DNA of 64,000 nt from Takakia lepidozioides (lineage: Eukaryota > Plantae > Bryophyta), in contig CM060732.1 in the NCBI GenBank assembly GCA_030704615.1, positions 63,240,001 to 63,304,000 on the forward strand, read 5' to 3'. The notes under the pieces were generated by a model that had not been told where the DNA came from, made no database searches, and saw only the letters and a list, made by a program, of their open reading frames with translations. Within the stretch, counting starts at the first letter, position 1. The number at the start of each line of letters is the position of its first letter. This document shows, in pieces, positions 27,116 through 40,954 of the stretch. Position numbers and translations under genes: made by a program.

Positions 27116-28199
27116 CAACTCATGATTTGATTTGATGATTTGTTGATTTGAAGTTTGATTTGATGTTGATTTTGAAATAAGGCCAAAGTTTTATACACCG
27201 AGTGATCTCCAACAAGAATGATTTGCTTTAGTTCTTTCATCTAGGTGATAATATTAGTCTTTACTTCTACTTGTTGTGCATCTTCATCAATTATTACGCA
27301 ATTAAAAGCTTCAACGATCGTTGGCCTTCTATGGAGACAGTGCGAAAAAACAATGCAAGCATTCTCCATGCATTTCATCTCCAACCAATGTCTCTGTCAA
27401 TTCAGAAAACAACTTAGTGCCAAAACTTCCTAGTTTTCCAAATCCATTTTCGTCTTTGTTGTATCACGGGGAAAGCTTGCAGCGTCTTTACATTCCAGAG
27501 TCTGTTGAGGAAATAAATTTATTCTATTCTTAAACCATATGCTTAACGACAACATGTGCAATGTACATGCAAAATTTGGCAGTGAACAGACATCATCTGC
27601 ACCCAAAACCATATTTTCTTCCCTCATTTGCACTCCAAGGTTGAGTTCTCTTCAAGTTCATGCATTGTTGATGAGCATATTTCTTAATGTTGCTTATCTT
27701 TTGAGACTTTGCATATGTGATTTGGACATACTTAAGTGCGTGTGGACCAAATATGAACTTGAACCAAGTTCATTCAATGGGTCATTCAAGTATTGAACAC
27801 ATCTATGTGTTTTAGAGACGAAAAACTGCATTTCGTTTGCACATGATTTTATAGGCAGAAATAGGGTTGCACACGGACCTTACCTTGTCTTGCCACAACA
27901 GTCATCTATTGTCCGGATGAATTTCATCCAGCATAGCCTTGAACCCGGCGGACAGATTCCAATTTCCATCAAGGTAGGATGAGAAAAATCGTGAAATTAC
28001 ACCAAGGTTCAACACATCACAGCTATGGTATAGGCTGGATGAAATCAAGGTAGGCTATACTGAAAAATCATAGGCAGTAATGAAAAATCAGATACGTGCC
28101 AAGGTAAAATGGATGAAACCATGATGAAATTCATCTGGTTCTCCCTGCAACCCAGATTTTAAGCACAAAAAATATGGAAGTCGGGATAACAATTCCATA

Positions 28200-28395
28200 G
28201 ACCTAGGTAGCAGAGGGAGAGAGATGGAGAGATGAAGGAAAAAAGGGAGAGAGGGAGAGACGAGGGAAAGAAAAGAAAAGAAAAAGTGGGGAAGGGGGGA
28301 GTGACTGAGCAGCAGCAGTTCAGCAGCACCTTCAGAGCTGCTGCTGCTCAGTCACTCCCCCCCCTCCACCTGTTTTTTTTTTGTTTTTTCCCTCA

Positions 28396-28431
<36 letters not shown>

Positions 28432-29650
28432 CATCCTGATGGGACAGTGGGAGAGATGAGGGGAAGATGGAGAGAGAGGGACAGAAGGAGAGAGGGACAG
28501 AGAGAGCAAAGGAGAGAGAGGGACTGTTGAGGGAAAAAAAAGAAAAACAAAAGGTGGGGCGGTGGGGGAGTGACTGAGCAGCGGCTGCTGCTCAGTCACT
28601 CTCCCCCAATCCCCCCAACATTTTTTATTTTTATTTATTTTTTCTCCCTGAACAGTCCCTCTCTCTCCCTCTCCCGCCACATCTTCATGGGATAGAGGGA
28701 GAGATGAGGGAAAAGAGGGAGAGAGAGGGACAAAGGCAGAGAGGGAGATGAAAAAAAAAGAAAAAAAAAAAGAAAAACCAAAAAAAGATGGTGGGGGGAC
28801 AGAGCGAGAGAGGGAGAGAGAGGGAAAAAAAATAAAAAAGAAGGTGGGAGGGGGGGAGTGACTGAGCAGCTGCTGCTCAGTCACTCTCCCCCCACCATTT
28901 TTTTATTTTTTATTTTTCCCTCATCACTCCCTCTCTTTCCCTCTCTCCAGGCTCTCTCTCCACATCGTGATGGGAGAGAGGGAGAGAGAGGGAGAGAGGG
29001 ACTGTTGAGGGGAAAAAAAAAAAAAAAAAAAGGTGGGGGTGGGCAGCTGCTCCAGTCACTCCCCCCCCACCACCGTTTTTTTTCCCCCCCCCCTCAACAG
29101 TCCCTCTCTCTCCACATCTTGATGGGACAGAGGGAGACAGAGGGAGAGAGGGAGACAGAGGGAGAGAGGGAGACAGAGGGAGAGATGAGGGAAAAGAGGG
29201 AGAGAGGGAGAGAGTGGGAGAGATGAGGGAAGAAAAATAAAAAAGAAGGTTGGGGGGGGGGGGGGGGGGTGACTTAGCAGCTGCTGCTACTCAGTCACTT
29301 CCCCCTCCCCCCCACCTTTTCGTTTTTTATTTTTGGAATGGTGGGGGGTGCTGAGAGCAGCTTGCTGCTGCTGGTCTTAGCCCCCTCCGACCTTTCATTT
29401 TTTGGTTTTGGCAATGGTGGGGGGCGATGAGAGCTGCAGCAGCAAGTACTTGCTGCTGTTGCTCTCAGTGCCCCCCACTTTTTTTTTTTAGCTTTTTGGA
29501 ATGATGGGGGGCTGACAGCAACAACAAGTGCTGGTGCTCTCAGCACCTCCCCCCTCTTTTCTTTTTTTGCTTATCAGCAGAGAGAGAAAAGGGGAGATGG
29601 AGAAGGACATAAAGATAGAGGGAGAGGGAGAGAGGGGAAGGGGGAGGGCC
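28200..29650. repeat. Fold-back (palindromic) GA/CT-rich satellite
   Basis: Palindrome GAGTGACTGAGCAGC..GCTGCTCAGTCACTC at 28299, 28568 and 28856, with degenerate copies at 29043 and 29269. It alternates with a ccacatc.t.atggga centre at about 28429, 28677, 28960 and 29112. Confidence 0.85.
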
Positions 29651-31144
29651 AGGCCTTGTTTGTTTTTGGCATGTGAAATCACACGGTAGTAGTGTTGTGG
29701 GCGCAGGGATAAGCTAGTAGTAATGGCAAAAGACAAGGAGAAGGGGCCGCCGAAGGACAAGGAGAAGGCGCCAGCGAAGGACAAGGAAAAGGCGCCGCCG
29801 AAGGAGCAGAAATCGCCTGCCGCTAAGGTAGGGAAGCCTGACAACGCTCCCGTCATTGACGACCGTGTGACACGGTCCACTTGGTAAAACTCACCAGCCC
29901 TATAGGCGGCTATGTGAGAGGACCAAGCCGTAAGGCCGTCGAGGCCTCCACGCCCTCGAAAGAGGCTGGGGATGAGCCTCCACTTGAGGATTGTGCACCC
30001 AATGTTCCGGCTGGGACGCCACCGCATGGGCTGATGGAGGGCCCTGACTTTTACACGGGGGAGCGCATTCTCAGATCTGGCGCCAGGTATGGGCAACTTG
30101 ATCTTAGCCCCACCGCCAATGCATTTTTCCCTTCTTCTACAGCTAAGAGGGCTTATAAGGGGGGGGGCTCAGAAGGGGGTGGGTTCCTCCTCACCTTGGG
30201 AGAAGAGGGAGGCTTCAAAAGAGGCCGCAATGAGGTGGAAAGAGGAGGAAAGGAAGAGGGAGGAAACACTACAGCACATGGGGGGGGGGGGGGGGGTTTG
30301 CGATGCTAGCCGCGTCCCCACGCCCCGCGCGGCGCTAAGCGTGCAACGCCAGCCCCGCGGAGCCTTTTTGCGACGCCGGGCCGTCGCAACCAAACCCCGT
30401 GGGTCACCACCTGGCGCCGGGCCAGGCGGCGACGCCTAGCCGTTGCACGGGTGCAGAAGATAGCCCTTCCGTGCGACGCCCACGCGTCGCCCCCCAGCGA
30501 AGTGCAGAAGGCAGCCCTTTCTTGCCCTTTCTTTCATCGCAACCCTTATTTGCGACGCCAGGCCGTCACATGGTGGCATGAATGGCAAAAGGCCTTTACG
30601 ACGGCCGGAAGTCGCAAACAGGCCGGCTGCCCTATTCTTTCAAAACAAAAAAAAACAGGTCGAAGTTTGCGACGGCTTGCCGTCGCCGTTTGCGACCCCC
30701 GGCCTCATAAATCCAAAAAAATGCGTCGCAGTTTGCGACGTGTGGGGGTCCCAGGCAGCGACGGCAGGGCTTTCTAGGTTTAGGTTTAGGGCCTTTGGGG
30801 GTTCTTAGTTTTTTATTTTATTTTTTATTTTATTTTTTTCCATATGGTACTGGGGTAGGGTGTTTGTTTTTCTTTATGGTTTAGCTTGTTGTTGTGGACC
30901 TTCTTGTAGATTGTGACATTCATTTTGATAATTCTCTTGATACCACATTCGTATGTATTGCTCCAACATATTCATTGTCTCTACCTTCTTTCTTGAAAGA
31001 CTACCAGCCACAGCCATATTTGATCAATCATAGAAATAAGCTACAATATGCATGTACATGTACAATCAATCGAAAGGATGGGTACAGTTTGGTGCGAGAA
31101 TTGTTATGCAGCTTTGATTTTGTGTCTAATCAACTTGAACATCA

Positions 31145-34100
31145 TCATCTGGAGCTTTTTTCATCCTCATCAAGCTGCAAGTCTTCTTGGTCATCATAGT
31201 CATCGTCATAAATGGCCCGACCCTCAAAATGCACCTCCGAATCATCCTCCACCTTGTTGTCAATGGCCGTGTCTTCGTCTCCTTCTCCAACATCCGTATC
31301 TTTTGGAGCTTCATCATATAGGGTCCGGGATGCATTGTCCGGGGCGTCATCATCCTCTTCTACCCCCTCTACCCAATCTCCATCTTCAGCATCATTATGA
31401 CCAGTCTCTCCATCCACCGCAATTGCCTCACCCCATGGAGATCCGAGACCATGATAGATATGTCTTCATCTTAGTTGAGCATGCACAACCACCTTCCAAT
31501 TCCCCCCTCTTGTTTTGTCATCGGAGAAAAAACTTGCTCCATGTCTGAAGGCCGTGAAAAAGGCTCAGCGGAGGGACGATGAGTAGGGTTGAGCCTATCT
31601 GCATTGACGCGCATGAAACCATAATCATCTTGCATTAGTGTTGCGGAGGGCCCCACAAGATGTGGCTGGAACCACCTTCCCTTGAAGAGAATAGGTCGGT
31701 ACTTGTATACTGAAGTTGGAGTATGCTCTCAAGCTCTCCAATGTACTCAAGTTTGCTCATAGCAGGTCGTGTATTTCTCTTGCCCCACACGGAGTCTTGC
31801 CAATATGTGGCATACAAGCCAGAATCAAAGGTTGTTTTGCGCTTCATGTCAAGAGCACGATTGTGGAAATGACGACCGTGAACCCAAACCGCCGTGTATG
31901 AGGTCGCGAATTGAGAGGGGCCCCTTCCAATGTCTTGCACCAAATCTGAAACCACCTCTCCTTGAGCAACGACGTCATAAACTGAAGTCCGAAGCCATTG
32001 TTGGAATGAACTTAGAGGCTGCAATTCCATGGGCAAATTTTGTGAAGGAACATTCTGGCGGCCCGCTCCTCGTCGTGGGCGTCTAATAACCGGCCTTGGA
32101 TGGTTTCGCCTCTATGCAAGCGTCTCCTCCTCTCGTTGCTAAACAAGATTATTGTATCTTGTCTCCCACTCATGTATGGATGGGGTATTCTTCAGTATAA
32201 AGTCATGCGCTTGCTCAATCACCAAGGTCGACAATTTTACCCTCTTCGATTTTTTGGGCAGAACGATGTCATTGGTTCGTGCATCCTCCTCTTCCTTCCA
32301 CATCTGAGGGGCTTCCTCATCCACCCTTGCCATGTACTCCGTGCAATAGAACATAACTTCTTGCAACGTATACCCCTCCGCCATGCTACCCTCCGGATGC
32401 GCTATTTGTTTTACAAATCCTTTCAAAGTCTTCATATAATGCTCAAGGAAGTACATCCACCGAGAATGAACGGGGCCGACAATCGAAGCCTCTTCTACTA
32501 AGTGCACTACTAAGTGCACTTGGATGTCAAAGAAGGAGGGAAGAAAGTGCATCTCCAACATACACATTACCTCCGCCGCCTCTTTCTTCATGCGTGGAAA
32601 ATCCGTTTCCTCCAACTCTTTGGAGCAAATCCACCGGAATAAGCTTCCCAATCTATAGATTATCTCATGAACCTCGGAAGTCAATGTCCCACGTACTGCA
32701 ATAGGCAAGATGGCTTGCAATAGATTGTGGTAGTCATGAGACTTCAAACCATGGACCCCATCTTCTTCGCTGAACTTCGTATGGAGGGATGACCCATAAC
32801 CAGTTGGTGTTCGGACAACACTTATGGTGGCTATCACTTTCTATTATTCTTCCTTTGTCCATTGCCAAGGTGCGCGCCTATATTCCACCGTACAACACCC
32901 TTTGGGTCCACACCATTTTCTTCGGCCCATAGATGGCGCATGCGACCCTGCTCCTCAAGCTTCTTTCTAACACCGAGAGAATCTCTTTTTGCAGCCACTC
33001 CCTTCTTTGCCGGCGTGTCATGAAGAACCCGAAAAAGGGACGAGCAGACATTCGTCTCAATATGCATGGGATCTAGAAGATGACGAATCTTCAGGTCCTA
33101 CATATATCCCCACCCACAAATACTTACACAATTTTTTTTACGTGAAAGTGACAATGCAACGCATACCAAATGTGCAATATAACATGCATGCATAAGGATA
33201 TTGACGGTGTTTTTGTGGAATATGTACCGCCCAATATGACAACTCGTAGAAGATTGAAAGTTGTTTCATGCGGGGCACGTCCACTTCACCGTCCGTGCCC
33301 GCATGGGCCTCCTTCCATCGGTCCTCCCAAAACTGCCTGGACGGTGTCATAGGGGGGGGGACGTACTTCCTCTTTGCCATCAAACAAATGTTTTTCTCTT
33401 CTTCTCCATCGATGGCTCATAGGAAGAAATTTACGTTAGTTGGGATACACCATCTTGTGAAGATGGCGGGAACTATGTGCATCAAGATCATCGCCACAAT
33501 GCAAGCATGCATGGTACCCTTTGGTGCTTAGCCCCGAGCAAACAGTTAGTCATGTACTACACATCCCGCCACATTAGCAAAAACAAAAAGTTGTCATGTG
33601 CATGGTCCATAATGCCATCTACCCCACTACGGTGCACAAGACTGTCGTCGCTACTTCAATCAATCCCAATCATCATCGATATTATCTGGCATTGACAAGT
33701 GAATGTACTCGGGTTGTTCATGGGGAACATAATATACCTGGATAATCATGCATTGTCCAAAGCAAGATGTGTCTCATCTGAAAACAAGAGCTCGCAAGTA
33801 TGTGTCCATGTTTGCCACTTGTTTTTTTCCCTATGAGACATTCACGTCATTGTTTCAATGCTCCACCAATATGCAAATTATACTACAAAATGAATTACAC
33901 GTCTTACTCCATGATTATGTCACTCATCAATCTTGCATCCGAATTGCGTCGGAGATCGGGAGTTTAATGTAAACTCCAAGGCAATAATAAACATGAAATG
34001 AGTACACTCACCTAGCACAATGGCAGCCAACATGATATGGTCTTTTTTAATTGAAAGATATGGAGAGATGTTGTAATTCACCATGGTCACCGGCCAAGTG

Positions 34101-35067
34101 GAATGACTACATGACTGGACAGAGAATGGGTTGACCCCATTCGACGAGAAGCCGAGGTGGACATGTCGTGGGTCTTCCAAGAGAAAAGGCCACATCTCTT
34201 CAATATGCCTCCATGCTTGTGAATCTTGTGGCCCGCACACCTTTCCCGGGGGGCTCCAATGCGAGGCGTGTCATCTCATGAATCTGGCCAATTCGGGGCT
34301 TCGGTACTGTGCCCTCAATCGCGGGATGATCGGAAAGTAATGCATTTTCTAGGATGAAATACCCCACGTCCCCCACATGTAATCATCCCATTAGCACACA
34401 TAATACAACACCCTTATGCCTTTCCCTTTATGCAGCCTCTCCCTCATTTGGGCGTGAATGGTCAAAACCGAACGTCGCTCTTTCCACTCCTCACTCACTC
34501 CTTCCAAAACCACAACCAGATCTTGCATGAGTACTACTCTCTAAACCCTAAACTTTGTGGAATACACTTTACATGCTTTGAGAAGATTAAAGAAAATAAT
34601 TTCTATGCGAGGGGGAATGGCGCTTATACCTTGCGTGGTACTTTTTTTCCCTTGGACATCATCCCGATATCGGTCTTTCTTGCACTTTGGGCACTTGGTG
34701 AGACGCGAATCCTCTCCGTAGTATAGGGTTTTATCACATGGACATGCATGAAAAATCTTATAGCCCATCCCCACAGAGTCCGAGATTTCGCGCGCCTCTT
34801 TCGCGACCGTGGCATCTTGGGTTTCAAGTGTAGAGCAAGGATATAGTCTGCAATAGTTCGCATTATGGTAGACATCCCAACATTACTTATGCCAAATCGA
34901 ATTTGAAGATTGAGCAAAAGTAAGATTGTTGAAAGACGACTCACTTTCGTCCCTTTGTACAAGGGAGTTCTCGCCTCCCTCTCTATATCATTTGAGGGGG
35001 CCATTTCAGGATCATCGATTGGCCGGGTTCCCTCTCCATGGGATGCATCAGCGCCCACATGATGCAT
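31145..35067 (-). pseudogene. CACTA transposase (Transposase_21/TnpD-like, DUF4218, DUF4216), multiply disrupted, intron-containing
   Basis: IFHACPCDKTLY..CPKCKKDRY; YFPIIPRL; DSQAWRHI..DPRHVHLGFSSNGVNPF..HSTWPV; MHIETNV; GLKSHDYH; RWMYFLEHYMKTLK. Confidence 0.92.
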
Positions 35068-38000
35068 TAAGATATCATCTATGGATTCTCCTGGTTAATT
35101 CCATGCTCATTGTTGTTGTCACTGTCATTGTCATCGTCATCATCGTCCGGTACCGTGGGGGCGGCGTCTCGCCCACGGCTCCCGCCTGATGTACTTGGGT
35201 TGTTTTCGGATGGGGTGCCAAGAGAAAGGGCCGGGAAGGGATGGACAAAGTCCTGATACGAACAAATGAACATAGATACATATATTATAATGTGTCCTTG
35301 CAACCATACAACTCATTATAAGCGAAATGCAAACAACAACCTTCAATGTGTGCGTGCATCAAATATGTTATTCGATAATTATATGTATGTGCGCAACGTA
35401 CACGCATTCAAAGTTTCAAACCCAAACAAAATCATTTGCCCCCCCAATGACGCATTCACCATATCAACCAATTTTTGTTTATTAATGTGAAAGAAAATCC
35501 TCTTATGCAACGGATGTGGCTCAAGCTTCACATTTTCCTACACGTGCTTAAATATGTATGCAACAAAGATCCAACAGAAAAAAAAAACATTTGCCTCCCC
35601 AACGACGCACTCACCCTTGCACCAATTTTGAATTAAATCGAATTTAAAATAAATATTTGCATTTAGAAAATATATGATTGCGGTTTTGAGGGGCATAATG
35701 ATTTGATTTTTAGCTCTATTTTGTTTTGTGACATCGGGCTTTGCACCACTGCAAAAAATTGGACAAAAAAAATATGGAAAAAAAATAAATGTGTTTCTAG
35801 GGTCACTTTTGCATAACTCTCTATGCAGAGTGCATGAAGTTGAAGATAACTCAACTTTGGAGAGCAAATGAGAGAACAAAATCTAGTTATGGGTCCAAAT
35901 GACTTTTGTTTATTCGTAAATTTTGCATGCACATTGCATATGCTATCATTAAGCATATGGCTTGAAAATGGAATAAAAAAAAATCATGTGCAGGCGAAAC
36001 GCAATTTTCTGTCTCTACGACACGTAACTACGTTCAACACTAGAATGACCCATTGAATCAACTTGGTTCAAGCTCATATTTGGTCCACATGTGCATAAGT
36101 ATGTTTAGATCACATATGCAAAGTTGCAACCCACACGAGCAACAAGAAAAATATTTACATCAATCGATTAATCGGATGTATACAAAGTACATCATGAGAA
36201 TATCTACAATGCCCCTCTACGCGATCCCTGTCGTAAATGAACCCTATTTCTATCATACACATCCCACTCACGCTGTAATCGGAGGTCCCAATGATCCCGG
36301 GAGAACTCGTATGATGCAAATAGTTCGCAGCCAACCCTAATAGTTCTACTGGCACATGTCATCACAAACATGTACATCCCCTCACAGTATACCGACGTAT
36401 GACCACAAAAACTCTCATGCCCATCGCTTCGCTCGTCCTATATTACATTGGTTATCCTAGGATGACCAAAAGAACTGTTGACTAGCCCATCAACATTGCC
36501 GAAGATGTCGGGGTCACCATCACAAAATCTGATCTCAATGGGAGACAACCTCTATCTACCTACATCCTGTCCGTTGATACACAAAATGTAGGGTAGGATG
36601 TATGAGCTTCGAGGCGTAATGTACGGAACTCCGTGGAGGTGTAGTATGGACCGTAGTAGGGAAACAAATCCACCATGCTGTTTCTCCGAGGAGGAACCAC
36701 AATATCATTGACTGTGAATAAACCCTAACCCATAGCAGGGTCTGTAGCCGCTCTCACAACATACCGTCTCCCCCAATACTCGAACTCCACATTCTCTCGG
36801 ATGGGGGTGGGAGGGTCAAGATGATTCCCCCAACAACGAGGCTGGACGGTCCTCAGTAACAGAGTCCTATGCGCTTCCCATCGGTAGCGAGGATCCGGCT
36901 CAGGCCGTCTAAGCCGAAGTCCTGTCGGGGGGAGGGGGTCAAAGGTGGACGTGGTTGGAAGGGGTGGCCCACGAGTGGGCAACCCGCGGCGTGTTCAAGA
37001 TGCCTGTCCAAAAAACAAGAGGACGCCTCCCCAAGGAAGCATGACTATGACATCTCTTCATCCCCAGGTGCTTCCATTTCCTTGTGGGCTGTGCCCTTGA
37101 GCCTCGTGCTTGACGTTCAAGCGAGGTTACTTAGAGGAAATATTGGATCTCTTAAGAGAGGTAGATATAAAGACATGTATATAAGATCTCGAATTTGTTG
37201 TGGTTGGAAGAGGCAGAGTCGTTGTCCGCTTGTGCAATGGCGGCCATGAAGAAAGCTAGTAAGATAGTGTGCCCGGTCCGCCCTTCGTTATAAGCAGGTG
37301 TGGCGTATTCTCCCACTTTGGAGACTAATTCTCAAGCCAAATCGGCCACCCATGGTCTACTGCCGATTCGGCAGGAATGGCCGATAATGCACGGAGGACG
37401 GCAGAGCAACCACCTGGCCCACGTCACTAGCCAATAGCCATCTCTACCCCGCCTTCCCTTGTGGCTCGCCCCGTTTATATCCTCTCAGGGGCCGGAATCT
37501 GGGCAATCGATATGGGATAATCGAACCCCAATCATATTGCACCAGGTGGCGGTGAGAATACGCCACACCTGCTTTTTACGCCAGGGCCGTGTTTGGCCGA
37601 CTCTGCCCAAAGGCCGCTTACAAGGCAGAATCGGCCCATTCTCTAGTACGAAACAGAGGGGCTAGCCACGACTGGTCACAAGTGAGGATAAGGGAATCGT
37701 ATATTCAAAGTCTCTGTAGCCGCCAAGTGGCTTCCTAGCGGGGAGCCACGCCCCATCCTTCCCGGGCCTGGGAACCGGGTTGGGTTCCATTCACGTTCCC
37801 AGAAGAAGAGAACGTAGCTTGAGAACCCGGGATTCAGAGAAAGAGAAAGAGAAAGAAAGAGGAAGAGAGACAAGCGTAGGCACAGCTAAACAGAAAAGAA
37901 GATGCAGAGTTTGCGTGAGTGATCTCTGTAGGCAGTCAACGCCAGATTGATTGTTGACTAAGTTGATCTTAAATTGAAGTCTGTTTTATTGTGTGCATCA

Positions 38001-38104
38001 TTGAGGAAGCTCAGCTCAGAGAGTTGTTGTAGGTTGCAAATTGCGAGAGAGAAGTATACCTGTACAGGAGTTGGATGGAAACAGGCAGAGTCTATCAATT
38101 TTGA

Positions 38105-40954
38105 ATGGGGAGTGTAAGGGAATTTGTTACCTGCATCCGCCTCCAGAAGGACCACGTACCTGTCTCTGCAATCCATATCTCGATTTCATCATCTTTCCCG
38201 CCAAATAGATCGCTGAGGACACCGTGTCGTATTGGGGCAAACTCCTCAATCTGTGATGTGAGGCAGTCTCGACGTTCCACAAGCAGATCGGTATTGATTT
38301 CTGATGGCACGACGCTGTCATTTAGGGGCCATTCCCTTTCAGGTGAAGGGAATGCATGCCTGCTGTGGAAAAACTGCAAGAGGAGACAGATTTCACAGCG
38401 AGGGAGAGTTGTGTGCGCAAAGGAATCCGACAACGAGTCTCGACGTCCTGAGTACAGGTAGGCTGCGCTATAATGCTGTCTTTCCTTTCCACTATTGTTT
38501 CTTCACAAGGATATTCCAGTCCTCCGTACGACTGAGTATGGCCTTTTAGATGTCCAAACAATGCTTAGCGGTAGCTTTTGGCTCATTAAAACCCGATCGC
38601 CATAAGATTCAATGTGGTATCTCTTTGGAAGGATTTATAATCTCTTTCATGTGAGATGCAGTGAACTACAAAAGGTTTGATTGATAACGGCATGTAGAAT
38701 GCGATAAGCAGCCCTCCCTTTTGCTTAACAACAGGCGTTCAAAGACAAAAACATTTACTCGGATTGAAGGAGAAAAACTAAGAATTCTATAGACACACAT
38801 CTGCTGAAAGGTTATGTTGGAGATTGCGTGGACGTATTTTCTGCTCCACAAAAAACTCGCAGTCAACATGCTAATTCAAGTCGTCAATGGACTCTCTGGT
38901 GCTTCCTTCTTGCTTGCCCCAGAACATCTGTGCATAACTCCTTCCTAGCAGCAATTATTGTGTAGATGTAACCCGATCAGCATGGGGATGGCATTGATGT
39001 ATTGGTGTCTGTCCAGTGCTGCAGCGAGGATAAGGAGTGAAGTCATTGCTCCCTTCCGCTCTTTTCGGATGTTCTTCTATCTCGCATTCGGAGGAAGTGC
39101 GAGCGTGGGCGGCCTCATCGCCCTTACCCGCTTGATTGGAGCTCTAGGCCGTGCACCCGGAGCACAACCTGTCTCTGAGGTTGTCCAGGGACTGGCAATC
39201 GACCTGACCGCTGTCATTGTCTTTGCTCTCTTGTACCGGTCTGAGTCCAAAGCAAGTGATGCTTCGCTGGCAAAGGTATCAAGGGAAGAAAACCTAGCTA
39301 CCTTGCGTTTACAGCTTAGCAACAAAAAGGTTTTTACCCTTGGTCAGATGCGGGGAACATCCCGCATTGTCATTCTTGCTGGCCCAGGCTCGTACATTGA
39401 GGAGGCTCTTCGTCAGAGTGAGCCCTTCAGGGCAGAGCTTTTGGAGCGAGGGGTATTGGTGGCAGCCTACGCAACTGATGGAGGTGTGCCGCCCGTCAGG
39501 GAAAGCCCAGAAGCTGCACCTGCCACATCAGCTGGTATGGCGAGGTTTCAGGCCACTCATGTATTCAGGGTTAGAAACTGCCTTGCATCGCCGCAAATGA
39601 GGAATGCCAAAGCTCTTGCGTTTGCTAATTTTTTAGTTTAGAAGCAGTTTCCTTACGTGAAATTTTTGTTACTTCAACTTGACTATAATGTGTAAATGAC
39701 TTTGGTGGTTCATATTCCTTTGATATCCTGCAACTTTGATGCAACTTTCTTGATGTTGGTGCAGAAAGGGCCCAAGGGACCAATGACAGTCCAGCAGCTA
39801 ATGATGTGCAGAGCTCGGACATGATTGCTGTGGCTGATGCAGATAGAAGGTGGAGAGCAACAGCAATCTACACCTCCGAGTGGGCAAGGTAAGAATCTGG
39901 CTTCTCCCCCTACTGTACATCTCTCTGCCTCCAAAATATTGCTGGCAGTCTCGTTCTTCTTTGGTGACCAGGCAATACATTGGCCTGATCCCTTGTTTCA
40001 CTGCCACAGTGGACTCCAATACTCTCGTGAAAATTGTTGGCCATACAGAAACACTGTGCCTGACTCCCACACTGACAGCTTTTTTTTCGCAGCATGTCTT
40101 AGAACCCGCAGATGTAATAAATAGAGTGATCTTAACTCTCTTAAATTCCAAGTCTTACAAGAACACATACACAGTCATCAGAAGTAGCCACACCAACATC
40201 ATGTCTCCTACCTATCCACTAAGTTTTCCACATCCCTCTTGGGCAACTTCCTAGACAGAAAGTCGGAATATTGAACACACGGCTTGCGGCTACATTTTGT
40301 TGAGTATGTAACACCAAGACAGACATCATTTCTTCTTCTCAGATAGAGATATAATTCTTCATCGTTATTCTTCATCGCTAAAAGTTGCTTATCTGCATGA
40401 GGCAATCTGTGTGACTGCTGTAGGTGGCTTAATGAGCAGAAGAAGCTAGCGAATGTTCAACAAGATAAACCAGTGTGAGTGGTCTACCATACTTTCCGAT
40501 GTCTTTATTGTGTGTGAAGGTTCATTTTGTATCGTGCATTTAGCAAGGAAGTGACCAAGTATCTGTAGCATGAGATTTGTGTGAAATGCTGGTCAGAATG
40601 CTGGGGCTCACTGAGGTGCAGGGTTGGAAGAAAGCATGTGTACCAAGTGTACTTAGAATACGTGAACATGAACTGCATATATTACCTGTGTACACCTATC
40701 TAATTCAAGTTGCTCCACTTGATATTCAAATTTTTTTGCATGGTTACTGAAGGAAAAGTGGTAGGGGGTCTAATTGAAAAACGAGGCACACATACTGAAC
40801 TGTGTCTTCTCTTAGGTACATATCCCTGCGACTAGATGGTCGAGTTCGGGGAAGTGGAGTAGGCTTCCCTCCATGGCAGGCAATGGCTTTGCAATTACCT
40901 CCTCTTCAGGGCATATGGGGGGGTGCTCTAGACGGCATGGATGGGAGAGTCTGA
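38105..40954 (+). CDS. LPA1-like (DUF3493) chloroplast protein, similar to Arabidopsis At4g28740; exons 38105-38457, 39017-39534, 39765-39888, 40424-40474, 40816-40954
   Basis: Transit-peptide-like exon 1, then ARIRSEVIAPFRSFRMFFYLAF..REENLA.L..LERGVLV; RWRATAIYTSEWAR|WLNEQKKLANV..PV|YISLRLDGRVRGSGVGFPPW..DGMDGRV*. All introns are GT-AG and phase-consistent. Confidence 0.92.
38598..38800 (+). repeat. Short interspersed repeat, copy 1 (intron 1 of the LPA1-like gene)
   Basis: ccataagattcaatgtggtatc...aacaggcgttcaaagacaaaaacattt.ctcggattgaa...aagaattctatagacacacat is repeated at 50407-50677. Confidence 0.8.

Larger units (their letters stand above)
25171..36160 (-). mobile_element. Degenerate CACTA element(s); left terminus CACTA at 25171, right terminus not found
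   Basis: CACTAAATAGG followed by TGCGAC/GTCGCA subterminal repeats (also dense at 30300-30770). A block of about 300-500 bp recurs at 24640-24980, 25440-25920, 25945-26075, 27530-27845 (inverted) and 35665-36160. Transposase on the minus strand. Confidence 0.55.

Noticed and set aside
28299-29300. Spaced palindromic repeats resembling a CRISPR array
   Set aside because: Eukaryotic context, no cas genes, and the spacers are long, low-complexity and homologous to each other.
30775-30792. Telomere-like tttaggtttaggg
   Set aside because: Only about two imperfect units; common in plant TE and promoter sequence.
36160-37680. Possible gypsy solo LTR (ends ..TCACA), and a similar GC-rich segment at 29700-30290
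   Set aside because: No second LTR, PBS/PPT or TSD could be identified.
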